A DNA stretch of 60,459 nucleotides from NCBI GenBank assembly GCA_048885535.1, contig JBHLLO010000013.1:1-60459 (forward strand). The letters are read 5' to 3'. Position numbers and translations under genes: made by a program. The number at the start of each line of letters is the position of its first letter. The stretch's first letter is position 1. The stretch comes from Candidatus Hermodarchaeota archaeon (GTDB taxonomy: Archaea; Asgardarchaeota; Lokiarchaeia; Sigyniarchaeales; SOKP01). The notes below the pieces were generated by a model. The model made no database searches and was not told the DNA's origin. It saw nothing but the letters and a program-made list of their open reading frames with translations. This document shows positions 41,071 through 50,082 of this stretch, one piece after another.

Positions 41071-42051
41071 TTAAATCTCAACTATGATTTTAAGAAAATT
41101 CCTCTCCTCAGGGTTGAGATATCTTTCGAATGTTTCTGGCAAATCCTTTAATTTTACAACTTCAGAAATGAATTCATTAGCGGCTACTTCATTTTTTGCA
41201 AATAAATCAATAGCGGCTAAAATGTCATCTCGATCGTGACCTAAACTTCCTTTCAATGTTACTTCTTTTGAATTTAACATAAATAAAGGAAATGTTATAC
41301 TTCCTTTATGAATTCCTTCTAATATTATTGTACCTCCTTTTTTGATAAAATTTACACCATTTGATATTGTCTCCTCATTTCCTACACAATCAAAAATAAA
41401 AGTAGGAGCTCCAAGTTTTTTAATAACTCTTTTTACTTTACCTCTACTTGTACCAGTAGCATCTGTTGCGCCCATTTCAATTGCTTTATCTCGTAAAAAT
41501 TCATGTGGTTCAACGACAACCACATAATTAGGATTTTTTTTGATTAATAAAGATTTCAATGTGGTTAATCCTACATTTCCTCCTCCTATAATAAGAATAT
41601 TCTCATTATTTTCAATTCCTGATAATTTAAAAGCACGCATTATTAGCGCGAAAGTCTCAATCATAACTGCATCTTTAATTGCCACATTTTTAGGAATAGG
41701 GAATAATGATATTTTAGGGACCTTTACATATTCCGCAAAACCTCCATCTTGAAACATCCCCATCCCTATTAATTCTCCTTGGCTAACATCTAGTGAAACA
41801 TTTACACATAGAACTCTATCTCCTACGGCTACATCCTTAATATTTTCACCGATTTCTGCGACTTCTCCTGTAATCTCATGACCCATAATTAACGGCATAT
41901 TATACATTTTGTATTTAAAATTTGTTATATCGCTTCCACAAATTCCACAATAATGAACTTTAACTAAGGCTTCATCTGGATCAGGAACTGGTTTAGGATA
42001 ATCTTCTTTATACACTATTTTTTGGATATCTTCAATAACAGCAGCTTTAAT
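41071..42051 (-). CDS. Zn-dependent medium-chain dehydrogenase (probable ATT start)
   Basis: CGICGSD, GHE, GGGNVG; the frame extends 12 codons above the GTG to ATT-AAA-GCT-GCT-GTT (xKAAV...), 6 nt after GGAGTTGA. Confidence 0.88.
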   Translation of the reverse strand: MKAAVIEDIQKIVYKEDYPKPVPDPDEALVKVHYCGICGSDITNFKYKMYNMPLIMGHEITGEVAEIGENIKDVAVGDRVLCVNVSLDVSQGELIGMGMFQDGGFAEYVKVPKISLFPIPKNVAIKDAVMIETFALIMRAFKLSGIENNENILIIGGGNVGLTTLKSLLIKKNPNYVVVVEPHEFLRDKAIEMGATDATGTSRGKVKRVIKKLGAPTFIFDCVGNEETISNGVNFIKKGGTIILEGIHKGSITFPLFMLNSKEVTLKGSLGHDRDDILAAIDLFAKNEVAANEFISEVVKLKDLPETFERYLNPEERNFLKIIVEI

Positions 42052-42234
42052 AGAAGATCAACTCCAATTAATTTACCTTTTATTTCAAATATTTAAGAAA
42101 AATAATATATTTTATGTAATTTTGAGATAAAAATGTATAAAAAATAGTTGTCTTACTCACTGGATTGATTAATGTTATTCAAATCACATTTATATTAAAA
42201 AAAACATATAACTAAATTAGGACAAATTTTCTAG

Positions 42235-43245
42235 GTGAGATTTAGTATTCTAGATTATAAGACATGTATTCAAGAGGGGGATAATTTATTAGAGAAGGGC
42301 GAACATATCAAAGCTGCTGAGGCGTATAGAAAAGCAATAGACATTCTGGATATGTCCATTAAATTAAATCCAAGGGATTTATTGGCTCGTGGAATTAAAT
42401 TTCGATTACTTGATCTACTCGATTCAAATAAATCACTTTCTAACTTAATAATCCCGTCCCTCATTTTACAAAAAATAGCTTATCTAAAGAAGATTAACCC
42501 TAAAGCTGAAGGTATTCTTAAAAGTTGTATTTACTGTAGCTCTTCCCTAAAAAAAAAGAAGACTAAACTCTGCCCTAAATGTGGTAAGGATTTAAGATCA
42601 GATGAAGCGATAATTTGGAACGAATTTAAACATGATGTTTACAAAAACATTTTAAATTTCGAATATCTGGCAAAATTTTTTGACCAAGATCTAGGAAATT
42701 CAGAAAAAAAACTAATTTATGAAAAGAAATTCGAAAATCTTCATCCAGATTTCGTATTTCCCAATATACATCAGGAACTCCTAATAATAGCAATTATTGG
42801 AATTCTTCAACTAACAAAAGTGATCCAAAGAATTTGGCAACCTGATCTATTAACTATTTATAGCATCCGTCAAATCTTTAATACCCTCTATCAAAGAGAA
42901 AACTTAATGGGAAAAAAATTGAATCTCCCTTGGGGTTTATTGAAAATTGAAGAAACCAACTTTACAGAAGAGTTTGAGGAAGAAGCTATTGAATCGAGAA
43001 GAGATTTAATAATCTCCTATAAAGATGCGTCACCAGTTTTTGATTATGAAACATATTTTTTCATACCATCTAGCGATCTTGATTATTCGCAACTCAATGT
43101 AGATAGGCCAGAAATTAATACAATTGGGTACACAAAGACTATTGAGAATAAAATCTCTGCTTTCGCCACGAAACTCAAAGATGGGGCATATATATATAAG
43201 ATTTATCTTCTTGAATCGAAAACAATTGAATTATTTAAACGATAA
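42235..43245 (+). CDS. Hypothetical protein with TPR-like N-terminus and zinc ribbon
   Basis: 'EGDNLLEKGEHIKAAEAYRKAI'; CIYC...CPKCG. Confidence 0.7.
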   Translation: MRFSILDYKTCIQEGDNLLEKGEHIKAAEAYRKAIDILDMSIKLNPRDLLARGIKFRLLDLLDSNKSLSNLIIPSLILQKIAYLKKINPKAEGILKSCIYCSSSLKKKKTKLCPKCGKDLRSDEAIIWNEFKHDVYKNILNFEYLAKFFDQDLGNSEKKLIYEKKFENLHPDFVFPNIHQELLIIAIIGILQLTKVIQRIWQPDLLTIYSIRQIFNTLYQRENLMGKKLNLPWGLLKIEETNFTEEFEEEAIESRRDLIISYKDASPVFDYETYFFIPSSDLDYSQLNVDRPEINTIGYTKTIENKISAFATKLKDGAYIYKIYLLESKTIELFKR

Positions 43246-43453
43246 TAAGTAAGAGTTCTGAAAAAAGGCATAAGAAAATTGAAGAAGCTATTATTAAAAA
43301 TGAAGTCTTTAATCAAGTTTGAGGTTAAATGTTAATAAGACGCTATTCAGGTATGATTATTGATGTATCTTCCTAGAAAGAAACTTAAATATATAAGAAG
43401 TGAACATATTAAAAAGCTAAAGAACTTATAAATTACCTTCTTGAAAGAGCATC

Positions 43454-43954
43454 TTAAACCAATTCTTTCTTCTCTGGAATAATTACAGATGGATCTTCCT
43501 TTATTTTATCCAATACGATCTGAGTTTTGATTTCCTCCACTCCGGGAAGATTCCTTAAATTCTCAATAAGTTCCATAGAATCACTATGGTCAAGACACTT
43601 AGCCATAACAAAAATTGGGTAATCTCCTGTTATAACATAAGCATATTTTACTTTTTCCATTGTCTCAATTTGACTTTTAACCTTTTCGAGGGGATGTGAG
43701 GAATTTACTCTAAGAGATGCAAGCACCATTTCTCGATATCCTAAATGTCTACAATCTATTAGTGTAATATATTGTTTAATCACTTGATCTTTTATAAGGC
43801 GGTCAATTCTTTTTTTAATTGAAGTAGCACTCATATCAACTTTCTCTTCGATATCACGAAGTGATGTTTTTGCGTTTAGTTGTAACATACGCAAAATTTC
43901 TTTGTCCGTTTCATCTAATTCAACTATTTTTGGCATGCTTGCCATGGTTAACAA
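43454..43954 (-). CDS. Lrp/AsnC family transcriptional regulator
   Basis: LDETDKEILRMLQLNAKTS HTH; ITGDYPI RAM domain; divergent from the hdr operon. The start may be a downstream ATG. Confidence 0.93.
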   Translation of the reverse strand: MLTMASMPKIVELDETDKEILRMLQLNAKTSLRDIEEKVDMSATSIKKRIDRLIKDQVIKQYITLIDCRHLGYREMVLASLRVNSSHPLEKVKSQIETMEKVKYAYVITGDYPIFVMAKCLDHSDSMELIENLRNLPGVEEIKTQIVLDKIKEDPSVIIPEKKELV

Positions 43955-43970
43955 TTTTTTTTTCTTAATT

Positions 43971-44020
43971 AAGAATCTATTGTGAAAAGATATGCTTTTT
44001 CACAACTATAATAGATTCTT
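43971..44020. promoter_or_regulatory. Imperfect long inverted repeat (putative operator)
   Basis: AAGAATCTAT...ATAGATTCTT outer arms and TTGTGAAAA...TTTTCACAA inner arms. Confidence 0.5.
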
Positions 44021-44040
44021 TAAATTTAAATCTTTACCCT

Positions 44041-44098
44041 TCTTTATAAATGCATGTTAACATTTCGTAACCGTCTTTATAAATGAAGGTTAAAATTT
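44041..44098. repeat. 25-bp direct repeat containing TTTATAAA (tandem promoter/operator)
   Basis: TCTTTATAAATGCATGTTAACATTT (44041) and TCTTTATAAATGAAGGTTAAAATTT (44074); 22/25 identical, 33-bp period. Confidence 0.65.
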
Positions 44099-44182
44099 AA
44101 ATAGAAGATATAATTTTGCAAAAATAGAGATATCAGTATTGTTGAAGTGATATCGAAAAAAACAGAAAAAAAATGCTAAGAA

Positions 44183-44416
44183 GTGAAAAAATTGGCAGAT
44201 ATGACACTAAACGCTTTAGGAAAGAAATGTCCGATGCCTGTCCTCATGACCAAAAAAGAACTAAAGAACATGAGTTCAGGTCAAACACTTGAGCTTGTAG
44301 TTGACGATAAGGGTGCATTAAAAGATGTTCCTGCCTTGCTATCCAAAACTGGTGATGAATTGGTAGAAACAAAACAAGATGATGGTAGAATTACATTTGT
44401 GATTAAGAAAGCGTAG
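44183..44416 (+). CDS. tusA: Sulfur carrier protein TusA family
   Basis: LNALGKKCPMP motif. Confidence 0.92.
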   Translation: MKKLADMTLNALGKKCPMPVLMTKKELKNMSSGQTLELVVDDKGALKDVPALLSKTGDELVETKQDDGRITFVIKKA

Positions 44417-44439
44417 AAATTTTGAAGGAGAAAATTAGA

Positions 44440-44808
44440 ATGTCAACATATACTTTCATGATAGCTACTGAACCCTATAAGTTTGAAGCAGTTGACAGTT
44501 TGCTTAACTTATGTAAAGCAGTGTTACAAAAAGGCCATACTATTAAGGGAATATTTTTTTATGGTAGTGGAGTCTATAATATCAAGAAAGATATTGAAAC
44601 TGGTATTACAGTTCGTAATTTACCTGCACGTTTGGAAGAATTCATTAAAAAGAATCAGATTCCGGTAACGGGATGCACGACATGGATAGGATTGTGTGGA
44701 TTAAAAGAACAGTGTTTTATTGATGGGGCAAAAGAAGAAGGGTTGGGTGAACTATCTAATTGGACAGCAGAATCAGATAAATTAATAATGTTTGGAACAG
44801 GGGGATAA
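44440..44808 (+). CDS. dsrE: DsrE/TusD-like sulfurtransferase subunit
   Basis: GHTIKGIFFYGSGV, active-site-position Cys (VTGCTTW), GLGELS; ATG 44440 follows GGAG. Confidence 0.85.
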   Translation: MSTYTFMIATEPYKFEAVDSLLNLCKAVLQKGHTIKGIFFYGSGVYNIKKDIETGITVRNLPARLEEFIKKNQIPVTGCTTWIGLCGLKEQCFIDGAKEEGLGELSNWTAESDKLIMFGTGG

Positions 44809-44813
44809 AGAAA

Positions 44814-45182
44814 ATGATCAACTCGGTCGTAATAATAAGTGACCAATCTCCAGTCGGAAAGAACTCTGCCATTGAGGCCCTAAGGTTGGGGTCTGGATTT
44901 AGGGGATTAGGGGAAGAGATTGACTGCCAGGTGGTACTTATGGGTGATGCGGTTTACTTATTAAGTAAACGCGCAGATCCCTCTAAAGTTGGAGTCGATT
45001 CTTTTGATGAACCAATGGAAATGGCAGAATTGTCAGATTTAGAAATACTGGTACTTGATAGTGCAGTAGAGGATGCTGGACTAACTAAAGAAGATCTTAT
45101 AGAATACGAGGGATTAAAGATTATTAATCTCGAGGCTCTTACAGAAATAATAGATAATGCTGATACTATATTTAGGTTTTAA
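44814..45182 (+). CDS. dsrF: DsrF/TusC-like subunit
   Basis: SPVGKNSAIEALR, VLMGDAVY; lies between dsrE and dsrH. Confidence 0.8.
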   Translation: MINSVVIISDQSPVGKNSAIEALRLGSGFRGLGEEIDCQVVLMGDAVYLLSKRADPSKVGVDSFDEPMEMAELSDLEILVLDSAVEDAGLTKEDLIEYEGLKIINLEALTEIIDNADTIFRF

Positions 45183-45196
45183 GGTGGTGAACAAAG

Positions 45197-45538
45197 GTGG
45201 AGGAGGTTTTTGATATAGTTTATCTTTTCGGATTTAGCCCTAGATACGGGAATGAGTTAAGCCGATTAATACCGATTCTTAAAAATCAATCACAAAATGG
45301 AAAACAGATAGGTATAATATTCATTCATGATGGAGTTATAGGTGCTAATTCGAAAGGAAAAATGACTGATTCAATGAGTGAGATTAAGAGCTTAAAACTT
45401 AAGAGATATGTTATGATTCCTGATTTAACTGCAAGAGGTATTCCACTAGAGCATGTTCAAGAAGATGTACACCCCATAGAATATATGGAGCTTGTTGACA
45501 TAATAGAGAATAGCCATAAGGTTATCTCATGGATGTAA
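45197..45538 (+). CDS. dsrH: DsrH/TusB-like subunit
   Basis: FIHDGV, DLTARGI, Y.ELVD....KVISW. Confidence 0.85.
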   Translation: MEEVFDIVYLFGFSPRYGNELSRLIPILKNQSQNGKQIGIIFIHDGVIGANSKGKMTDSMSEIKSLKLKRYVMIPDLTARGIPLEHVQEDVHPIEYMELVDIIENSHKVISWM

Positions 45539-45672
45539 TCTGAAAAGAAGAGGAAATTATTAGAATTAATTTAAAAATATTTTGAAAAAACAAACAAATC
45601 ACGGTTAACAAATAGTTAACTCAAATATTAAGAAAATCAAAACAAACAAATCTAAAAAAAAAGGTGTAAAAT

Positions 45673-46089
45673 TTGGTAGAAAAAATGAATTTTATTGTAA
45701 AAGATAAATCTTTTGAAAAATTTATGATGATGACAATCTTGGGAACCACTGGGAGTGCTATGGATGTTGAGATGAATTTCTTTTTCACTTTTTGGGGATT
45801 AAACCTCTTAAAGAAAAAATTTAAGCCTAAGGTTGCTGGGATGCCAGCACCCATGAAAGGAATGGCAGCTGGGATGTTCAGGAAAAAATTAAAGAAATTT
45901 GGTATGGAAGATCCATGGGCCTTGATCAAAGAAGCTATTGACGAGGGAAAAATGAAACTATATCCATGTCAAATGACAATGGATTTAATGAACATTAAAA
46001 GAGAAGAAATGTGGGATTTTGTAGAAGATCCCATTGGTGCTGCTGGATTTATAGAAATGTCTGATGGTGGCCAAGTAATTTCATTATAA
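45673..46089 (+). CDS. DsrE2-like (DsrE/DsrF family) sulfur carrier
   Basis: FFFTFWGLNLLKK, YPCQMTMDLM, GAAGF. Confidence 0.85.
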   Translation: MVEKMNFIVKDKSFEKFMMMTILGTTGSAMDVEMNFFFTFWGLNLLKKKFKPKVAGMPAPMKGMAAGMFRKKLKKFGMEDPWALIKEAIDEGKMKLYPCQMTMDLMNIKREEMWDFVEDPIGAAGFIEMSDGGQVISL

Positions 46090-46127
46090 ATTTTTTTTTT
46101 ATTTTATATTTAAGAGAGGATGATAAT

Positions 46128-46688
46128 ATGTCTGATGTGGAAGAAGAACAACATCGGGAATTTATGATTGATGAGGATTTTGACTCAGAATTTTTTAGAA
46201 ATATTGAACGCAGATCAAATATTTTTAAATGTATCCAATGTGGTACTTGTACTGCAAGTTGTGAAAGTGGAAGATGGACCGCATTAAAAACACGTTCAAT
46301 TATAAGAAAAGTTGTCTTAGGAGATTTATCGGTATTGAAAGATCCTGATATATGGTTGTGCACAACATGTTATCAGTGTTATGAACGATGTCCGCGAGAT
46401 GTAAGACCTACAGATGTTATTATGGAATTAAGAAACTATGCTACTAAATTAGGGAATATTTCTCCTAATCATAGAGCTGTCGTAGGGTATTTGAAGCAAT
46501 TTGGTCATGCTGTACCGATAAATGATGAAATTAGAAAGAGAAGAGTCGAGTTAGGTTTAGAAGAATTACCCCCTACAGCATTTAAGTTTAAGCAAGAGGG
46601 GGATGATAAAGATTTAAAAAAAATAGAAGAAAAAATGTTTGATTTACCTCCAGTTAAGGAGGAAGAAAAGAAAAAAGAGGAGGCATAA
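46128..46688 (+). CDS. hdrC: Heterodisulfide reductase subunit C
   Basis: CIQCGTCTASC and WLCTTCYQCYERCPR; GHAVP. Confidence 0.93.
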   Translation: MSDVEEEQHREFMIDEDFDSEFFRNIERRSNIFKCIQCGTCTASCESGRWTALKTRSIIRKVVLGDLSVLKDPDIWLCTTCYQCYERCPRDVRPTDVIMELRNYATKLGNISPNHRAVVGYLKQFGHAVPINDEIRKRRVELGLEELPPTAFKFKQEGDDKDLKKIEEKMFDLPPVKEEEKKKEEA

Positions 46689-46691
46689 AAG

Positions 46692-47606
46692 ATGGCAAAA
46701 GAAAAAACATTTGCTTTCTTCCTTGGTTGTATTATGCCCAACCGTTATCCTGCGATTGAAAAGTCAACGAAATTTGTTATGGAAAAGTTAGGATATGAGA
46801 TTTTGGACATGGAAAGAGCGACATGTTGTCCTGCACCTGGTGTATTTCGCTCATTTAACAAATTTGATTGGATGGTAGCAGCAGCGAGAAATCTTTGCAT
46901 TGCTGAAAAGATGGATGCAGATATTTTAACAGTATGCAATGGATGCTTTGGTACACTACAGGAAGTAAACAAACATCTTAAAGAAAATGAAGAACATCGA
47001 GAACAGGTAAATGAAAAGTTGAAAGAAATCGGAGACTATGAGTTTCAAGGTAAAATCAACGTTCGACATGTCGCTGAAGTTTTAGGATATGAGGTTGGAC
47101 CTTGGGGGATTGAAGATCATATTGTAAGGAAATTGAATGCTAAGGCGGCTGTTCATTATGGTTGTCATTTCTTGAAACCAACAAGAATACGAGAAATTGA
47201 AAATTCTGAAGGACCAACAATCATCGAAGAATTTGTGGAAGTGTTAGGTATACAATCAGTTAGGTTTAAGGAACAACTTACCTGCTGTGGTGCGGGAGGT
47301 GGTGTTAAAGCATATTCAGGGGATGCAAGTATGACGATTTTTGCCGAAAAAATGAAAAATATCAATGAGGTAAACCCAGATTTTATTTTGGATATTTGTC
47401 CTTTTTGCCACCTACAATTTGAGACAGGACAGGATTATTTAAACAAAAATAAAGCATGTAATTATGATTATCCTGTAATTCACCTTTCTCAGTTAGTTGC
47501 GTATTGTTTGGGTATGAACCATGAATTTGTAGGATTACAATATCAGTTAATGGGGAGGGAATACATTTTTGGTCAAGCAAAAACTAAGAAAGAAGAGGTA
47601 ATTTAA
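46692..47606 (+). CDS. hdrB: Heterodisulfide reductase subunit B
   Basis: FLGC, TCCPAPG, CNGC, HYGCH, CCGAGGG, CPFC (two intact CCG domains). Confidence 0.95.
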   Translation: MAKEKTFAFFLGCIMPNRYPAIEKSTKFVMEKLGYEILDMERATCCPAPGVFRSFNKFDWMVAAARNLCIAEKMDADILTVCNGCFGTLQEVNKHLKENEEHREQVNEKLKEIGDYEFQGKINVRHVAEVLGYEVGPWGIEDHIVRKLNAKAAVHYGCHFLKPTRIREIENSEGPTIIEEFVEVLGIQSVRFKEQLTCCGAGGGVKAYSGDASMTIFAEKMKNINEVNPDFILDICPFCHLQFETGQDYLNKNKACNYDYPVIHLSQLVAYCLGMNHEFVGLQYQLMGREYIFGQAKTKKEEVI

Positions 47607-49637
47607 ATGACAGTAAAAGAAGAAAAAGCAAAGGATACAGAAGAGGCTCAAAACATGTTAGAGACTGAAGAAAATGAACCTCGAATTGGAGTATTTGTAT
47701 GTCATTGTGGTCATAATATAGCTGGGACTGTGGATGTTGCTGAAGTAGCAGAATATGCAAAAGGACTGCCTAATGTTGTAAAAGCAGAGCACTATATGTT
47801 TATGTGCAGTAAACCTGGTGTTCAAATGGTTAAAGATTCAATTAAGGAATTAGGTGTGAATAGAACTGTAGTCGCATCCTGTTCAAAAAATCAACATGGA
47901 AGAACTTTTGCAAATGCCATCCAAGAGATGGGTTTAAACAAGCATCGTCATCAACAAGTCAATATTAGAGAATTCAATAGTTGGGTTCATCAAAAAGAGA
48001 AAGAGAAAGCAACTAAAAAGGCAGAACGCCTAATTGAGGCTGGAGTTAATAGAGCACGAAAGTTAGAAGATGTTGAAACTCGTAGAATTCCTACCACTAA
48101 AGCTGCGTTGGTAATTGGTGCTGGAATTGCAGGTCTTCGAGCAGCTTATGATCTAGCGGAATTAGGAATTCCAGTTTATTTAGTTGAACGAAACTCAACC
48201 ATAGGAGGACATATGACTCAATTGAATAAAACATTTCCAACCTTAGAATGTCCGCAATGTTCGATATCTCCACTTACTAATGGAGTTGCGAATCACCCCT
48301 TAATAGAACTTTATACTAATGCTCAAATTAAAGAAGTGGAAGGTTCAATGGGTAATTTTGAGGTGGAAGTTGAAATAAAACCTCGTTATGTTAAAGATAA
48401 TTGTACTTCATGTGGGGAATGTGCAATTTATTGTCCTGTAGAAGTTCCGAGTGAATGGGATAAAGGAATGTCTATAAGAAAAGCAATATATAAAGCGTAT
48501 CCTCAAGCAATTCCTGCTACATATGTTAGAGACAAGAAAAATTGTATTGAATGTAATGCATGTATTAATATATGCCCAGTTCAAGCAGTTGATTTTTCAA
48601 TGGAATCAGAGATAAAGAGATTTAAAGTGGGTTCTATAATAGTAGCAGCAGGATATGATGAATATGATCCTTCTGAAATTGAAGCTTATCATTATAAACA
48701 AGAGGGTTATGAAAACGTCATAACGCAATTACAAGTTGAACGAATGCTTGCTCCTGGTTCATTAACTAATAGTCAAGTACTAAGACCTTCTGATGGTAAA
48801 ATACCAAAGAATATAGTTATGATTCAATGTGTTGGAAGTAGAAACGACCAAGTGGGGAATGAATATTGTACAGGAGTTTGTTGTAAATTTGCGATTAAGA
48901 ATGCCCGGATTATAAAAGAAATGTATCCTGATTCAAATGTTACTATATGTTATATAGACGTAAGGACTCCTGGATTAAATTTTGAGGAACTCTATAAGTC
49001 AGCTCAAGAAGTTGGAGTACGCTTTATACGAGGAAGACCCTCTGAGATCCTTCGAGATCCTATCTCTGGAGAATTAAGGGTCATAGTTGAAGATACATTA
49101 AGTCAAACCCCCTTAAAGTTAAAAGCAGATTTAGTGGTATTATCTGCTGCTATGGTTCCACCGGAAGGAATTGGTCCTTTAGGTTCAAAATTACATGTTC
49201 TTCGATCAAAGGAAGGATTTTTAAAAGAATTTCATATAAAAATGAATCCTACTCTAAGTAGTAAAGGGGGTATATTTTTAGCTGGGGCAATTCAAGGTCC
49301 AAAAGACATTTCAGAGTCTGTAGCTCATGCTGGAAATGCAGCAGCAATAGCAGCTGCTCCTTTAGTAAAAGGATATATTGAAAAGGAGATGTTAATCCCA
49401 TACATAGATTTAGATTTATGTGTAAAATGTGGACTCTGTAAAACTGTATGTGCTCCTGCTGCGATTGATATAAATGAGGATGGAATCCCAATGATTAATG
49501 AGATAGCGTGTAAATCATGTGGTATGTGTATGCCCGCGTGTCCAACAGGAGCTATTCAATTATTAAATTTTAGTGATGAGCAGCTATTTGATGAAATTGT
49601 TGCTGTATCTGGAGGTGTTGTGTGCGAAAATGACTGA
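47607..49637 (+). CDS. hdrA: Heterodisulfide reductase subunit A (flavin-bifurcating type)
   Basis: GVFVCHCG, GAGIAG, KTFPTLEC, inserted ferredoxin domain, QCVGSR, CTGVCC, C-terminal ferredoxin. Confidence 0.96.
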   Translation: MTVKEEKAKDTEEAQNMLETEENEPRIGVFVCHCGHNIAGTVDVAEVAEYAKGLPNVVKAEHYMFMCSKPGVQMVKDSIKELGVNRTVVASCSKNQHGRTFANAIQEMGLNKHRHQQVNIREFNSWVHQKEKEKATKKAERLIEAGVNRARKLEDVETRRIPTTKAALVIGAGIAGLRAAYDLAELGIPVYLVERNSTIGGHMTQLNKTFPTLECPQCSISPLTNGVANHPLIELYTNAQIKEVEGSMGNFEVEVEIKPRYVKDNCTSCGECAIYCPVEVPSEWDKGMSIRKAIYKAYPQAIPATYVRDKKNCIECNACINICPVQAVDFSMESEIKRFKVGSIIVAAGYDEYDPSEIEAYHYKQEGYENVITQLQVERMLAPGSLTNSQVLRPSDGKIPKNIVMIQCVGSRNDQVGNEYCTGVCCKFAIKNARIIKEMYPDSNVTICYIDVRTPGLNFEELYKSAQEVGVRFIRGRPSEILRDPISGELRVIVEDTLSQTPLKLKADLVVLSAAMVPPEGIGPLGSKLHVLRSKEGFLKEFHIKMNPTLSSKGGIFLAGAIQGPKDISESVAHAGNAAAIAAAPLVKGYIEKEMLIPYIDLDLCVKCGLCKTVCAPAAIDINEDGIPMINEIACKSCGMCMPACPTGAIQLLNFSDEQLFDEIVAVSGGVVCEND

Positions 49638-50082
49638 ATGTGAATATATCGAGCCTGAAGTGCTCGAGAAGGTGGAAAATGTTGTAGTATTTATGTGTAA
49701 TGAGTGCGGCCAAGGTTCTGCAAATACAGCTGGTGTAGCTCGAATGGCTTATAATCCAGCTATACGCATAATTCGGGTTCAATGTACAGGTCAAGTAGGA
49801 CCAATCCAAATTATGGACGCATTGAGTAATGGTGCTGATGCAGTTGCATGTGTGGGATGTTGTTTAGGAGCATGTCATTTCTTTAATGGTAATATTCTAT
49901 CAATGCATAGAATTAAGCTTATGAAGAAGTTATTCAAGGAGTTAGGCTATAGTGACCAGTTTATTAACCAGTATACTTCACGAGCTGCAGAAGGTGAAAC
50001 TGCCGTCGGTGATTTTGAAGATATTGTAGAGAGACTAGCAACAGCAATTAGAGAGGAGGCGACATTCAAAGATGGATGTTAA
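49630..50082 (+). CDS. mvhD: MvhD/FlpD [2Fe-2S] subunit
   Basis: FMCNEC, IRVQCTG, GADAV, GCCLGACHF..GN; likely start is ATG 49630, overlapping the hdrA end. Confidence 0.85.
   Translation: MTECEYIEPEVLEKVENVVVFMCNECGQGSANTAGVARMAYNPAIRIIRVQCTGQVGPIQIMDALSNGADAVACVGCCLGACHFFNGNILSMHRIKLMKKLFKELGYSDQFINQYTSRAAEGETAVGDFEDIVERLATAIREEATFKDGC

Noticed and set aside
49573-49629. N-terminal extension of MvhD given in the ORF track
   Set aside because: It overlaps the hdrA coding end; ATG 49630, downstream of GGAGGTG, is more plausible.
47607-50082. Selenocysteine recoding in hdrA/mvhD, known for some Lokiarchaeia paralogs
   Set aside because: Both frames are uninterrupted with Cys at the motif positions; the hdrA TGA falls at the natural C-terminus, overlapping the mvhD start.
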